Shown: positions 56,501 through 64,000 of the stretch, one piece after another
Numbering within the stretch: position 1 is the first letter of the stretch
How the letters are laid out: every line of letters starts with the position of its first letter
Origin: an uncultured Gemmatimonadota bacterium
GTDB lineage: Bacteria > Blakebacterota > Blakebacteria > Blakebacterales > Blakebacteraceae
Assembly (NCBI GenBank): GCA_964576115.1
Contig: CAZNUA010000016.1
Location: 1-64,000 of the forward strand
Reading direction: 5' to 3'
DNA length: 64,000 nucleotides
Notes under the pieces: model-generated
The model's database searches: none
The model's input: only the letters and a program-made list of their open reading frames with translations
What the model was told of the DNA's origin: nothing
Program-made: the position numbers and the translations under genes

Positions 56501-58794
56501 TCGCCCTCACCCCGATCGACACCGAGGTCAGCGGTGACATCACCATCGCGTACACCCTGTCCGATCTGGAGGGAGATGCGATCGATCTGAGCCCGCGTTA
56601 CTCCTCCGACGGCGGGACCACCTGGCGGGTGATGTCGACCGCTTCCGACACCGCCGGGATCACCTCGGACGCCTACAGCGGCACGATCGTCTGGCAGTCG
56701 GAGAGTGACGAGCCGGGCAGCGACGTTTCAGACCTCCGGGTACAGGTCGCCACGGCCGATAACACCTTCGAGACCGGCGGCAGCGACGAGATCACCTTCC
56801 ACCTCGATAACAACGCCGTGCCGGAACTCACCATCACCTCCAGTCCAACCTATACGGCGGCGGATACGTCGTGGACGGTCGAATACACCCTCAGTGATAC
56901 AGAATCTGACACCCTGTCGATCCTCGCCGAATACAGCCTCAACGACGGAGGCAGCTGGACCCCGGCTACCGTCACCGGAGATACTTCCGGCATCGTGTCC
57001 GCCGGATATTCCGGCAGCCTGAAGTGGCTGGTCGGCCGTGACGTGCCCGCACCCGGCGGCGACATGATCTTCAGGCTCAGGCCGCGCGACAACGATCCCG
57101 GGACTTCAGACAGCATCGAACTCACAGACTGGAGCGACAGCACACCGCACATCACCCTCTCTACACCGGACGAGGGCGAATTGATCGGCGATGTAACGGT
57201 CGACTACCAGCTGGTCGATCTGGACAACTCCACCGTCGACCTGACGGCCGAGTTCTACAACCCCGGCGGCAGCTGGCAAACGGCCACCGTCACCGGCGCC
57301 CTCACCGGGATCGAGCCCGGCGCCTACACCGGTTCGCTCACCTGGCACTCGGCGACCGACCTGGGCGGAATGGACGACGAGACCGCCTGGTTCCGGATCA
57401 CACCGACCGACGGCAGCGGCGGTGTGGCCGACACACTCGTGGCGCATATCGACAACAACGCCCTGCCGGTGATCGACCTGGGAGAACCTCTCGGCGGCAC
57501 TTGGGCCCGGGATATCCCGGTCCACTTCACTCTGACTGATGCCGAGAACGACGTGCTGAGCCTGCACGGCTACTGGAGGAACGGATCGGGCGGAGCGTGG
57601 CAGCCGATCACATCGCTCGAGCCCACCACCAACCTGCAGCCCGACTCATACCCCGATCAGGTTACCTGGCACTCCCTGACCGACCTCGGCTACGCCCACT
57701 ACGACAGCATGCTGGTCAGGCTGGTCCCGACCGATATCGACACCGGCCTGGGCGACGACGGTGATTACTTCGAGGTTTGCAACTACGTCGGCGACTATAC
57801 CGGCGATATGTTGATCGGAGCGACCGACTGGGCTGTTCTGACCGCAGCCTGGAACACCCAGGACACCTCCCACGACATCGGTCCGGCGACCGGCACCCTG
57901 CCCTGGCTCACTCCAGTCGGTGACGGGCTCATCGACTTCGAGGATCTGGCGGTCTTCTCGATCATGTGGAACGAACTGGCGTCCGGCGGCGGAGCCGCCC
58001 TGACCAACGCCGCCGCGACCGGTGAAGCCCCTCAATCGCCACAATTCACCGGTCGACCCCTTGGCGCGGGAAATGAACAACACCCGGTCGTCCTGCGCGC
58101 TCTTCCGCCCGAGGATCTCTGGGCCGAAGATGATGATCTGTCTGTCTATCGTATCGAAGCCACTGAGGTGAACAACCTGGCCTCGGCACGCGTTCTGCTA
58201 CGGTACGATCCATCCCATCTCGAGTTCGTCGACGTTCAGGCCGGCGATTTCCTTGGCACCAGTACAGGCCGGAACCAGAGTCTCATCACTCTGAGGAAAG
58301 TCGACCAGAGTACTGGTATTATCGAGATGCTCATGGGACGGATCCAACCCGAGGATCCCGCCGTAAGTGGCGGTGGTCCTCTCATGGAGGTACGGTTCCG
58401 CGAAAAGACCACCGCAGACCACTCCTTCGTTCTGGCTTACGATCTCTTCGATCCCACTGCCGAACCGCTCGCTGCCTCTGTCTATCCGGCCGTACTGCAG
58501 AGTGTTCGCCGCCCGGATGAGTTCCAACTCCTGCAGAACTACCCCAACCCTTTCAATGCCGAGACGATCATCCGCTTCGCCCTGCCGCAGGCTGAACGAG
58601 TACGCCTCGAGATCTACAACGTACGGGGGCAGATCGTACGGACCCTCATCGATCGCGAGATGGAACCGGGCTACCACCGTATCAGCTGGGATGGCCGGGC
58701 CGATGACGGCTACCGGGTTGCCTCGGGGATTTATATCTATCTGATCCGGACCGCCGCGAACCGGCAGTCACGCAAACTCACGATCATCAAGTAA
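50533..58794 (+). CDS. giant secreted Kelch/Ig-repeat protein with dockerin-like, cohesin-like and T9SS/FlgD-type C-terminal domain (2753 aa)
   Basis: signal ending VLA-Q; about 24 Kelch repeats (GVIDGKLYVAGG..YDP.TDSW) in four clusters; eight YSxxxGxxW Ig-like modules; C-terminal QNYPNPFN...WDG...SGIYIY...KLTIIK. Confidence 0.92.
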   Translation: MMSRRMRQMIPGGGARSMPCRVFLAVLLINLSAAIPSEVLAQGARPSIAVYQPTGTQAGDITIPYIISDPESDPIGLLVEYSINQGGSWAATSVTGDTSGIAVADYDSSLIWQSGSDLVNQEADAVWFRIKPHDTLGWGTADTTFIDIDNRAPQWIDAEGTSGDSTFTFRFDELVADTSATDIDNYSLSGGLTVASISGSDDDTWVTRTHEAAGTNGAMAGVIDGLLYVAGGLDGASNDVLEAYDPVSDSWTVKASMPTGRRSAAAGVIDGKLYVAGGNIPDLTTILEVYDPSTDSWMTRAPLPSAREFAEAGVINGKLYVVGGTTFSSVLLADLDIYDPSTDSWSTATPMPTARREPAVGVIDGKLYVAGGYTGSAQTATLEIYDPSTDSWTTAEPMPTARDCAIGGVIDGKLYVAGGGLSGSDLNTLEVYDPATDSWSIKSYLPAAISLSTGGVIDGKLYTISSFGTEVFVYTALPTIYELTLTSGQTLSSAEPPVTLTATNIVDLYGNTGASLDTIFTPDDPNRPGIVLWQPGGMQSGNITVPYTISDPEGSDIGLLAQYSTDGGSTWLAASVSGDTSGIVLDDYDSSLTWQSGTDLPDQALTYAVQFRLTPHDPGGWGTSDITLIDIDNLAPQGFSATGDAGDTTITFWFDELVDRDTATDPANLALSGGLTVESVVIQGAFEWSTLQPMPERRWSAVTGVIDGRLYVAGGNDAFNTPTSTLYRYDPGAKTWATLTPMPTARERAVGGVIDGKLYVAGGTNQSGSVHKLEVYDPATDTWTTKTSLPQAFWHSVAGVIDGRLYVAGGQDGAGGAVNDLIVYDPAADAWSTLTSMPTARSDAVAGVIDGKLYVTGGQTSTSNYVAQLEVYDPSIDSWSILIPIPTARDNAAAAVVDGRLYVAGGWDDSGDRAELEVYDPVSNTWTAQTPMPNPDRHSAAAGIEGILYVVGGESNDPATLEQYTALPTGFELTLSSGQVLPDSSTAVTLTASNISDIYGNTIATPLDTTFKPYFYDPNRPTVAVYGPAEIVRGDISIGYVIADVENNPVGLLAEFSTDDGSNWQAASVSGDTSGIESADYNSSLVWQSGTDLPDTDLTYGIQFRLTPHDIGGWGTADITLVDIDNQAPQEIVEAEGVVGDTTFTFRFNEPVADTSVTNTSHISLSGGLSLDSITAGDAWSVGADMTTGRYNAMAGVIDGRLYVVGGRSETSPLDQLSVYDPDTDSWSTGQAMPTARHSAAAGIIDGKLYVAGGVDDSFTRLSVLEIYDPDTNSWSTGTPLPDPTGWPAAGVIDGRLYVVGGSSNDVSYLNSTRCYDPASNTWTDLTPIPTARSSAATGVIGRKLYVAGGEGTSGESASLEIYDPDTDSWVTGTLLQTARTSAAGGVIGGRFYVAGGFNGNELGSLEVYDPATDTWVFRSPLPETRRFAAAGVVGGTLHLTGGLSYVDNTDSKSHVVYDPQNAFRASLTGGQVLPPADTPVTITAVDISDYAGNAITSPLEYTFYPTHIDTIRPSITLTQPTGMQSGEVSIPFLIADADSSADGLLAEYSSDTGGTWQPATVSGDTSSIASVDYAGSLTWLSGTDLADQENSGVWFRVRPHDTVGWGTPDTITVDIDNRAPQWVDARAVAGSDSFEFWFDEPVVDARALNTGNIAISGGLTIDTIEKVPNWVVEEENILWRADPAAVTVGRKLYLIAGEGKDGEPATRNSMEIFDFDTGRWELRSGYPFDLGHAWAVAVGNTIYMGGYEDRFYKYDIGSDTWTQLTAVSGIAFSAVAVIDGLIYVAGGDEFGSGAVGTLRIFNPVLETWSYGSSMAEAREYAAYGVIDNRLYVAGGTGNAGDLTTAEVYDPDTDTWEYISSLLSPEGTTMGWTLGNRLFMVGNDTLWVYDAPTDTWSCESETPRDRVLHAVSVFEGRAYILGGFISSGQLPLVDSYDPVTRYRAFLAGSQFMPESSLTLTASNINDLYGNAAGPLLTDFVSNDTNDDPEIALTPIDTEVSGDITIAYTLSDLEGDAIDLSPRYSSDGGTTWRVMSTASDTAGITSDAYSGTIVWQSESDEPGSDVSDLRVQVATADNTFETGGSDEITFHLDNNAVPELTITSSPTYTAADTSWTVEYTLSDTESDTLSILAEYSLNDGGSWTPATVTGDTSGIVSAGYSGSLKWLVGRDVPAPGGDMIFRLRPRDNDPGTSDSIELTDWSDSTPHITLSTPDEGELIGDVTVDYQLVDLDNSTVDLTAEFYNPGGSWQTATVTGALTGIEPGAYTGSLTWHSATDLGGMDDETAWFRITPTDGSGGVADTLVAHIDNNALPVIDLGEPLGGTWARDIPVHFTLTDAENDVLSLHGYWRNGSGGAWQPITSLEPTTNLQPDSYPDQVTWHSLTDLGYAHYDSMLVRLVPTDIDTGLGDDGDYFEVCNYVGDYTGDMLIGATDWAVLTAAWNTQDTSHDIGPATGTLPWLTPVGDGLIDFEDLAVFSIMWNELASGGGAALTNAAATGEAPQSPQFTGRPLGAGNEQHPVVLRALPPEDLWAEDDDLSVYRIEATEVNNLASARVLLRYDPSHLEFVDVQAGDFLGTSTGRNQSLITLRKVDQSTGIIEMLMGRIQPEDPAVSGGGPLMEVRFREKTTADHSFVLAYDLFDPTAEPLAASVYPAVLQSVRRPDEFQLLQNYPNPFNAETIIRFALPQAERVRLEIYNVRGQIVRTLIDREMEPGYHRISWDGRADDGYRVASGIYIYLIRTAANRQSRKLTIIK
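50665..56490 (+). repeat. four tandem ~1.45-kb intragenic super-repeats, each containing ~141-bp Kelch repeats
   Basis: units begin near 50665, 52111, 53590 and 55069 (RP.I...G.I.I.Y/F.I.D); near-identical DNA at 51541 and 51682 (ATATACGATCCCTCGACGGA). Confidence 0.85.
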
Positions 58795-58862
58795 TCGCCC
58801 AGCCGGTTGCGATCTACTTGCTGCAGAGGCAATGGCAGTGATTTAGGACGATGAGCGTAGCC

Positions 58863-61037
58863 TCACCCTCCCAGCGGACGGTAGCGGTAGACCAGGGCGG
58901 CCAGGTAGCCCCCCGCCAGGCCGAGGGCCGGCCGGTAGAGTTCGAGCCAGTACGAGTACTGCAGGTAGAGGAAGTATCCGGCGAAGAGGAAGAGTACCAG
59001 GAAGAGCACGATGTAGACACTGCCCCGTACCACCCGGAACAGCAGCGCCACCCACCCCGCCGCGAGGGCGAGAAGGATCGTCAGGACGAAGCCCACCCCG
59101 TCACCCATGGCCCGCCCGTAGTCGCCACGCACCAGGTTCGAAAAGAGGGTGGCATGCACGGCCGGCCCGGGCAGAGCGCCGGCGGGGGTGGCGTGTATAT
59201 CCCCTGATCCCATGGCAGTAGTGCCGATGATGGCGATTCCACCGTCGAAGTACTTCGCCGGCTGGCCGACCCTCTCCTCGAGCACGTCGTAGTATGAGAT
59301 CACCCGGAAGGGGGCGCCGTTGGGATCGGTCAGCGATGGGTACCACCGGATCAGCAGGTTGCCCGAGGTATCGATCGGCAGGCGGAAGGGCCCGGCCACC
59401 AGAGCCCGGCCCGGTTCGATGCTCAATTCGCTGTCGGGCACTCCCATGACATCGAGGAAGAGGCGGAAGGCCGCCGCGGGCAGGATCCGGTCGCCGTAGC
59501 GCACCAGCAGGGGCTGGCGCCGCACAACTTCGTCGAGATCGGGCCAGAGGTTGATCAGACCAATACCCCGGCTGGCCTCGCCGAGGTTGGAAACGGGGCT
59601 CTGCAGCACGCGACCCCGACGCCGATCGGGCAGGGTTTCGGCCCCCGGTATGGCATCGAGCGGAATCGAGGCCGCCTCGATCAGGGGTGAATTCTCCAGG
59701 CTGTCGATGGTCGACTCGAACACGAAGCCGGACCTGTCGAGCAGGGCGCAGGCGGTGTACCCCGCTCCGCTTTCGGCCAGGGCCCGGGCCAGAGCCCGGT
59801 CGCCGTCGGGACCGGGTTCGGGATCGAAGAAGAGCACATCGAAGAGAACCGCGGCACAGCGCCAGCGGCTGAGTTTGTCGATCAGTTCGGCGTGCCGGCG
59901 GCGCGGCCAGCGGGCCAGTCGGCCGTACTTCAGCATGCTCCGGTCGTCTATCGTGATGAGGTTCAAGCCGGTACCGGGATCGTACGCCGGGGTCAGGGCG
60001 CGGGCGACCGTGACCCGCGAATCGTAGAGGCGGCCCTCGAATTCGGCAAAGACACGAGGCAGGATCAGATAGGAAAGGATCGCCACGAACGTCCCCATCG
60101 CCACTCCGGTCAGGACGGTGTTGCGCCGCCGCAGGTGACGGTGTGCCCGGCGACGCTCGGCAACCTCGGCGGGAACCCCTGCCCGTCCCGGGATCTGCGC
60201 TCCGGTGATGAGCCCCAGCCGGGTCTGGATCTCGATCAGGTCGGCTGCCACCTCCCCAGCCGAGGCGTAACGCCGGGCAGGGTCGCGTTCGAGCAGTCTG
60301 AGGATCACCTCCTCGAGCTGTTTCGGGAGTCCGGGGCAAAGCCGGCCGGGAGGGATTGGATCGCGGTTGAGGACTGCTGTGACGTACTGCTCGAAGCTGT
60401 CCTTTTGAAATGGTGTTCGGCCGGTGAACATTTCATAGAAGGTGGCCCCGAGGCTGAAGAGGTCGCTGCGGGCATCAAGCTGTCCCCCCACGACCTGCTC
60501 CGGACTCTGGTAGCCGGGCGAGCCGATGATCGCTTCGCCCGGTTCGCGGGGCCCGGCAGCCGGCAGCCGGGCCAGCCCGAAGTCGGTGATCTTGACCCAG
60601 CCGCGGGCGTCGAGCATCAGGTTGTCGGGTTTGATGTCGCGGTGTACGACTCCACGGAGGTGGGCTTCGGTCAGACCTTCAGCGGCCTGCCGGGCCCAGT
60701 CGAGGGCCTCTTCCAGGGGCAGGCCGGCCGGGGCCGAGTCCGCCAGGCGCTCGGCGATCGAGCCTCCATCGACGTATTCCATGACGATCAGGAGCCGGTC
60801 CTCGATTTCCTCGATCTCATGGATCTGGGCGACATTGGGGTGGTTGATTGCAGCCGCCGCCCGGGCCTCGGCTACCAGGCGGGCCCGGTGCCCGGGATCG
60901 AGTTCCTCGAGCAGGGGGGGTGTCTTGAGCGCCACCCGGCGGCCCAGTTCGCTGTCCTCGGCCAGCCAGACCACTCCCAGACCGCCCGCCCCGAGCTTGT
61001 CGGTGATCCGGTAGTGGCCGATCTGGCTGCCGATCAT
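58863..61037 (-). CDS. Hanks-type Ser/Thr protein kinase with extracytoplasmic CHASE2 domain
   Basis: GAGGLGVV, VALK, HRDIKPDN, DFGLA, SPEQ, SDLFSLG; TM; ITIDDRS..WPRRRHA..FDVLF, D.D.VVRR, D.HATP..PG..VHA; three C-terminal TMs. Confidence 0.92.
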   Translation of the reverse strand: MIGSQIGHYRITDKLGAGGLGVVWLAEDSELGRRVALKTPPLLEELDPGHRARLVAEARAAAAINHPNVAQIHEIEEIEDRLLIVMEYVDGGSIAERLADSAPAGLPLEEALDWARQAAEGLTEAHLRGVVHRDIKPDNLMLDARGWVKITDFGLARLPAAGPREPGEAIIGSPGYQSPEQVVGGQLDARSDLFSLGATFYEMFTGRTPFQKDSFEQYVTAVLNRDPIPPGRLCPGLPKQLEEVILRLLERDPARRYASAGEVAADLIEIQTRLGLITGAQIPGRAGVPAEVAERRRAHRHLRRRNTVLTGVAMGTFVAILSYLILPRVFAEFEGRLYDSRVTVARALTPAYDPGTGLNLITIDDRSMLKYGRLARWPRRRHAELIDKLSRWRCAAVLFDVLFFDPEPGPDGDRALARALAESGAGYTACALLDRSGFVFESTIDSLENSPLIEAASIPLDAIPGAETLPDRRRGRVLQSPVSNLGEASRGIGLINLWPDLDEVVRRQPLLVRYGDRILPAAAFRLFLDVMGVPDSELSIEPGRALVAGPFRLPIDTSGNLLIRWYPSLTDPNGAPFRVISYYDVLEERVGQPAKYFDGGIAIIGTTAMGSGDIHATPAGALPGPAVHATLFSNLVRGDYGRAMGDGVGFVLTILLALAAGWVALLFRVVRGSVYIVLFLVLFLFAGYFLYLQYSYWLELYRPALGLAGGYLAALVYRYRPLGG

Positions 61038-61231
61038 GAGCCCAGATCCTTAATGAACATGATCTCACCGCTAGATTCCGGCGCCGTGACGCCGACGCAA
61101 CAGGTAGTGTGACCGGAGGATAGCAGTTCCCCGATCACAGCCGCAGCCCCACCCCCTCGTGGTTCGCCTGCATGCTGCCATACTCATTGTCGGAGAACGA
61201 CTTGCGACCCACAAGCTCGATTCGGATCTGA

Positions 61232-61246
61232 TGGCATGCGGCTTGC
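61232..61246 (+). promoter_or_regulatory. sigma-54 -24/-12 promoter
   Basis: TGGCATGCGGCTTGC: GG-N10-GC, in the 340-bp divergent intergenic region, about 130 nt upstream of ATG 61379. Confidence 0.65.
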
Positions 61247-61378
61247 GTGAACAGATCTGTGCGCCGGAATGCATCCGGCGACCCGGCCGGACTGTCTTCA
61301 TTGAGAAGCACAAAACCGACCGGGAAGAGAACGTGGATGATCAGGATCCCTGGTCGAACGGACGAGGAGGGATCTGCC

Positions 61379-61972
61379 ATGAAACGGAAAGGAACGAAAC
61401 CGCGAAACGGACCGGGACGACACACCGGACTGACACTGCTGGCGGCGATAATGACGATCGCACCGGCAACCGGCTGCTCGCACACTTACCGCCTCGGGTC
61501 AAACGGCATCACCGACCTGCCCTGGGCGGTCCGCAGCGAACTGCCCCGGGAGGGTACCGTGGTGCACATCATCGAGACCGACGGGACCGGTCACCTGGTC
61601 CGCTCGGCCGCCCTGAGTGCCGACACCCTGTATTTCGCCCATCACCTGGCCACCTTCCCGGCTCCGTCGCTGAACGTCGATCCCCTGGCGGACAAATACC
61701 ACAACGGGTACACCGACGGGGCCCGGGGAACCATCCCCCTGCGCAACATCGCCGTCATCCGGTTCCGGAGCCTGCGCAAAGGATTCGGGACGATGTTCGC
61801 GGCCGGGGCGGTACTCGGTTGCGCACCAGCTCTGGCGGGAGAGTGGGAAACAGTCCTGGTGACCGCTCCGGTGACCGGGGTCATCATCGGGGCGTTCATC
61901 CCGCGGCGAAATCTGGTCACGATCCAGTTTCAGCAGACCGAAGCCGATCCGACTGCCGTTCCGCCGCGTTGA
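61379..61972 (+). CDS. putative lipoprotein with C-terminal glycine-rich hydrophobic hairpin
   Basis: GAGGAGG RBS; basic N-terminus, lipobox ATG-C; GFGTMFAAGAVLG...TGVIIGAFIP. Confidence 0.65.
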   Translation: MKRKGTKPRNGPGRHTGLTLLAAIMTIAPATGCSHTYRLGSNGITDLPWAVRSELPREGTVVHIIETDGTGHLVRSAALSADTLYFAHHLATFPAPSLNVDPLADKYHNGYTDGARGTIPLRNIAVIRFRSLRKGFGTMFAAGAVLGCAPALAGEWETVLVTAPVTGVIIGAFIPRRNLVTIQFQQTEADPTAVPPR

Positions 61973-62063
61973 GAGGGAACCCCGTATACGCCTGATTGAT
62001 ATACCGGGAGCAGTTGCCTATCCTGAAGATGCGCAGACCCACCGCCCCGGCCAGGATGAAAGT

Positions 62064-64000
62064 ATGCGGCGCGAGCACGAACTCGACGAAATCGCCATAA
62101 ATGTCCACTCCCACAAGCTCCTCAACCAGCTTCTGCAGGAGAATCCCGAGCTCGAGGACATCATGCACAACTCGCGCAACGACACCGAGGCCCTGCTCGG
62201 GGTGCGCGAATGGGTGCTGCAGAAGGCCTCGCCGCGGGCATTGAAGCTCTACGAGAGCGAGCATACCGACCGCAAACTCTTCGAATCGCTGACCTGGAGC
62301 GATTACGCCACCATCCGGATCCTCGACTACATCGATCATGCCGACCGGGAATTCGAGGACCGCAACCTGCGCGGGCAGATCGCGGTGAGCAACCCGATCC
62401 GCATGATCTGGATGGCCGTGACCTACGGCACCGGCGGCGCCAAGCCGGCCTTCTTCATCGATATGGTCAAGCTCTTCCAGCAGTTTTCGGGCAAGAGCGA
62501 TCGGCCGCAGACCCGCCGGGCCACCGTGCTCAAGTGGATGGAGCGCTACCCTTCGGGGCTCGATCCGAGGATCATCAAACTGCGCGACGAAAACCGGGAG
62601 CGGATCACCAATATCCTGATCGACCGGATCGACGCCGGCCAGATCCGCAGTTCCCGATACACTTTCGAGCCCGGGATGAGCCGGGAAGAGAAATTCGCGC
62701 AGATCGACGAGTGGTGGACCACGCCCGAGTTTCATCTGCGTTTCGCGATCCGCGATCCCGACCTGCTGAACGAGATGCTCGGCAATTCGCTGGATCCCGA
62801 TACGATGCAGGTGCTCTACGCGGCTCGCGACAAGGGCATCCCCTTCTTCGTCAACCCCTACTACCTCTCGCTGCTGCACGTACGGGTGCCCTACTTTGCG
62901 ATCGGGGCCGACCTGGCCCTGCGCTACTACGTCGTATACAGCCAGGAACTGGTGCGCGAGTTCGGGCACATCGTGGCCTGGGAGAAGGAGGACGAGGTCG
63001 AGCCGGGCAAACCGAACGCGGCCGGATGGGTGCTGCCCACCCAGTACAACATTCACCGCCGCTACCCCGACGTGGCCATCCTCATTCCCGATACCGTCGG
63101 CCGGGCCTGCGGCGGGCTGTGCGCCTCGTGTCAGCGCATGTACGAGTTCCAGCGCGGCAACCTGAACTTCGATCTGGAGAAACTCAAGCCGGGAGAGACC
63201 TGGACCGAGAAGCTCGAACGCCTGATGGGGTACTTCGAGACCGACAGCCAGCTGCGCGACATCCTCGTGACCGGCGGCGACGCGCTCATGAGTTCTGACA
63301 CCTCGCTCGAGATCATCCTCGACGCCATCTACCGCATGGCCGAGCGCAAGCGCGCGGCCAACGACAAGCGGCCCGATGGTGAAAAGTACGCCGAACTGCA
63401 GCGGGTGCGCATCGGCACCCGCCTGCCCATCTACCTGCCGATGCGGATCACTCCCGAACTGGCCCGTATCCTGGCCGATTTCAAGGCTCGGGCTTCTGAG
63501 ATCGGGGTGCGCCAGTTCATCATCCAGACCCACTTCGAGGCTCCGCTCGAGATCACCCCGGCAGTCGAGGAGGCGGTCGGCCGGCTCCAGGAGGCCGGCT
63601 GGCTGGTCACCAACCAGCTCGTTTTCACCGCCGCTGCATCGCGCCGGGGCCACACCGCCAAGCTCCGCCAGGTCCTGGGGGAAATCGGCGTCCTGCCCTA
63701 CTACACCTTCACCGTCAAGGGGTACATGGAGAACACCTTCAACTTCGCCCCCAACGCCCGGGCGGTGCAGGAGGAGATCGAGGAGAAACGATTCGGCACG
63801 ATTCCGAAGAAGTACCACGAACGGGTTCGCGACCTGCCGCTGGAGCCGGAGCAGGTTCGCGAGAATGTCGCCGAACTGCGCGATGACGCCGACCTGCCCT
63901 TCCTGGCCACCGACCGCAACGTTCTCAACCTGCCGGCGGTGGGCAAGAGCATGACCTTCCGGGTGATCGGCATCACCCGTTACGGCCGGCGCATCCTCGA
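62064..64000 (+). CDS. long KamA-family (lysine 2,3-aminomutase-like) radical SAM protein, truncated by window end
   Basis: absent from the ORF track; my translation from ATG 62064 (MRREHELDE...) gives PFFVNPYY, HRRYPDVA, CGGLCASCQR (63108-63131), RDILVTGGD, RVRIGTRLP, QTHFE, NQLV, PYY. Confidence 0.88.
   Translation, partial: MRREHELDEIAINVHSHKLLNQLLQENPELEDIMHNSRNDTEALLGVREWVLQKASPRALKLYESEHTDRKLFESLTWSDYATIRILDYIDHADREFEDRNLRGQIAVSNPIRMIWMAVTYGTGGAKPAFFIDMVKLFQQFSGKSDRPQTRRATVLKWMERYPSGLDPRIIKLRDENRERITNILIDRIDAGQIRSSRYTFEPGMSREEKFAQIDEWWTTPEFHLRFAIRDPDLLNEMLGNSLDPDTMQVLYAARDKGIPFFVNPYYLSLLHVRVPYFAIGADLALRYYVVYSQELVREFGHIVAWEKEDEVEPGKPNAAGWVLPTQYNIHRRYPDVAILIPDTVGRACGGLCASCQRMYEFQRGNLNFDLEKLKPGETWTEKLERLMGYFETDSQLRDILVTGGDALMSSDTSLEIILDAIYRMAERKRAANDKRPDGEKYAELQRVRIGTRLPIYLPMRITPELARILADFKARASEIGVRQFIIQTHFEAPLEITPAVEEAVGRLQEAGWLVTNQLVFTAAASRRGHTAKLRQVLGEIGVLPYYTFTVKGYMENTFNFAPNARAVQEEIEEKRFGTIPKKYHERVRDLPLEPEQVRENVAELRDDADLPFLATDRNVLNLPAVGKSMTFRVIGITRYGRRIL

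Overview
GC-rich, densely coding bacterial chromosomal window. An FCB-group-like organism is inferred from a T9SS/FlgD-type C-terminal domain, DUF5686-like and BNR/VPS10 proteins and a long KamA-type enzyme. About 43 CDS are supported. No rRNA, tRNA, CRISPR array or mobile element was recognised. Housekeeping and metabolic content: two acyl-CoA carboxyltransferases plus an OadG-like subunit, FAH-family protein, S9/M24/M20 peptidases, Ktr K+ uptake, FeoB with DtxR-FeoA, GalU, two CNNM/CorC proteins, hybrid kinase, UvrA, thioesterase, REC-GAF-HD-GYP protein, NifU-C protein, hpnCDE, FAD/Fe-S oxidoreductase, Ser/Thr kinase-CHASE2 and KamA-like radical SAM. Two loci stand out. (1) 30654-33665, minus strand: a sigma-54-type promoter drives a translationally coupled operon. 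It encodes a small secreted C-x10-C-x10-C-x10-C peptide that the ORF track does not call separately, a double beta-propeller lipoprotein and a membrane-anchored CxxC protein; this is a candidate peptide signalling/effector system. (2) 48088-58794, plus strand: an operon of a CsgG-like/PEGA protein, a cohesin lipoprotein and a 2753-aa secreted protein. The large protein has four Kelch propellers each inserted into an Ig-like domain, followed by dockerin-like, cohesin-like and T9SS-type C-terminal domains; this is a candidate non-cellulosomal cohesin-dockerin surface assembly. Also notable are apparent CTG starts overlapping upstream TGA stops and several operator-like palindromes. All family assignments are by motif recognition, with no database searches.
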